Part shown: positions 63,744 through 64,000 of the stretch, in pieces
Numbering within the stretch: position 1 is the stretch's first letter
How the letters are laid out: every line of letters starts with the position of its first letter
Source of the DNA: the human T2T-CHM13v2.0 reference genome, Homo sapiens
Direction: 5' to 3' (one strand)
NCBI RefSeq assembly: GCF_009914755.1
Contig: NC_060932.1
Length of the DNA: 64,000 nucleotides
The notes under the pieces: generated by a model
What the model was told of the DNA's origin: nothing
Seen by the model: the letters and a program-made list of their open reading frames with translations, nothing else
Database searches by the model: none
Translations under genes and position numbers: made by a program

Positions 63744-64000
63744 GGCCAGGCATGGTGGCTCACGCCTGTAATCACAGCACTTTGGGAGGCTGAGGCAGGA
63801 GGATCTCTTGAGCCCAGGAGTTAGAGACCAGCGTGGGCAACATAGGGAGACTCCATCTCTACAAAATTTTTTTGAAAAAAATTAACAGGGCATGGTGGCA
63901 CATGTTGGTAGTCCCAGCTACTTGGGAGGCTTAGGTGGGAGGATCACTTGAGCCCAGGAGGTTGAGACTGCAGTGCAGTGAGCTGTGAGCTGTGATCACA
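63744..64000 (+). mobile_element. Alu (AluJ), runs off the window
   Basis: Alu consensus. Confidence 0.9.

Overview
Human (primate) genomic DNA, very repeat-rich: about 36 Alus, several MaLR/ERV1/ERVL solo LTRs, Tigger/MER1/MER2/MER44 DNA transposons, and L1/L2/MIR relics. No conventional multi-exon protein-coding gene is visible. The + strand carries the 3' part of a spliced, polyadenylated transcript: a CpG-retaining internal exon at 8197-8315/8403, a ~38 kb intron, and a ~2.7 kb terminal exon (46144-~48845) ending in tandem poly(A) signals. From memory of the exon architecture and sequence I tentatively identify this as the lncRNA LINC-PINT (chr7q32, window in gene-sense orientation); this needs a BLAST check. 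The main candidate is a reading frame that runs from the internal exon's acceptor to a stop (xKSAVIENCVTGLFCERSLIHYARRG*). It resembles my recollection of the TUG1-encoded microprotein C-terminus, ends in an RG C-degron-like tail, and its stop lies 39 nt from a candidate GC-AG donor, an NMD-evading distance. Other items: a VNTR made of 3'-splice-site mimics, a three-arm bistable hairpin in the terminal exon, a G4 VNTR born inside a MER44, duplicated MAF/CRE sites, a tandem AluY pair sharing private variants, a tailless 5S retrocopy, and an LTR12C/MER50 pair just past the poly(A) site. Repeat subfamily names come from recognition, not from RepeatMasker.
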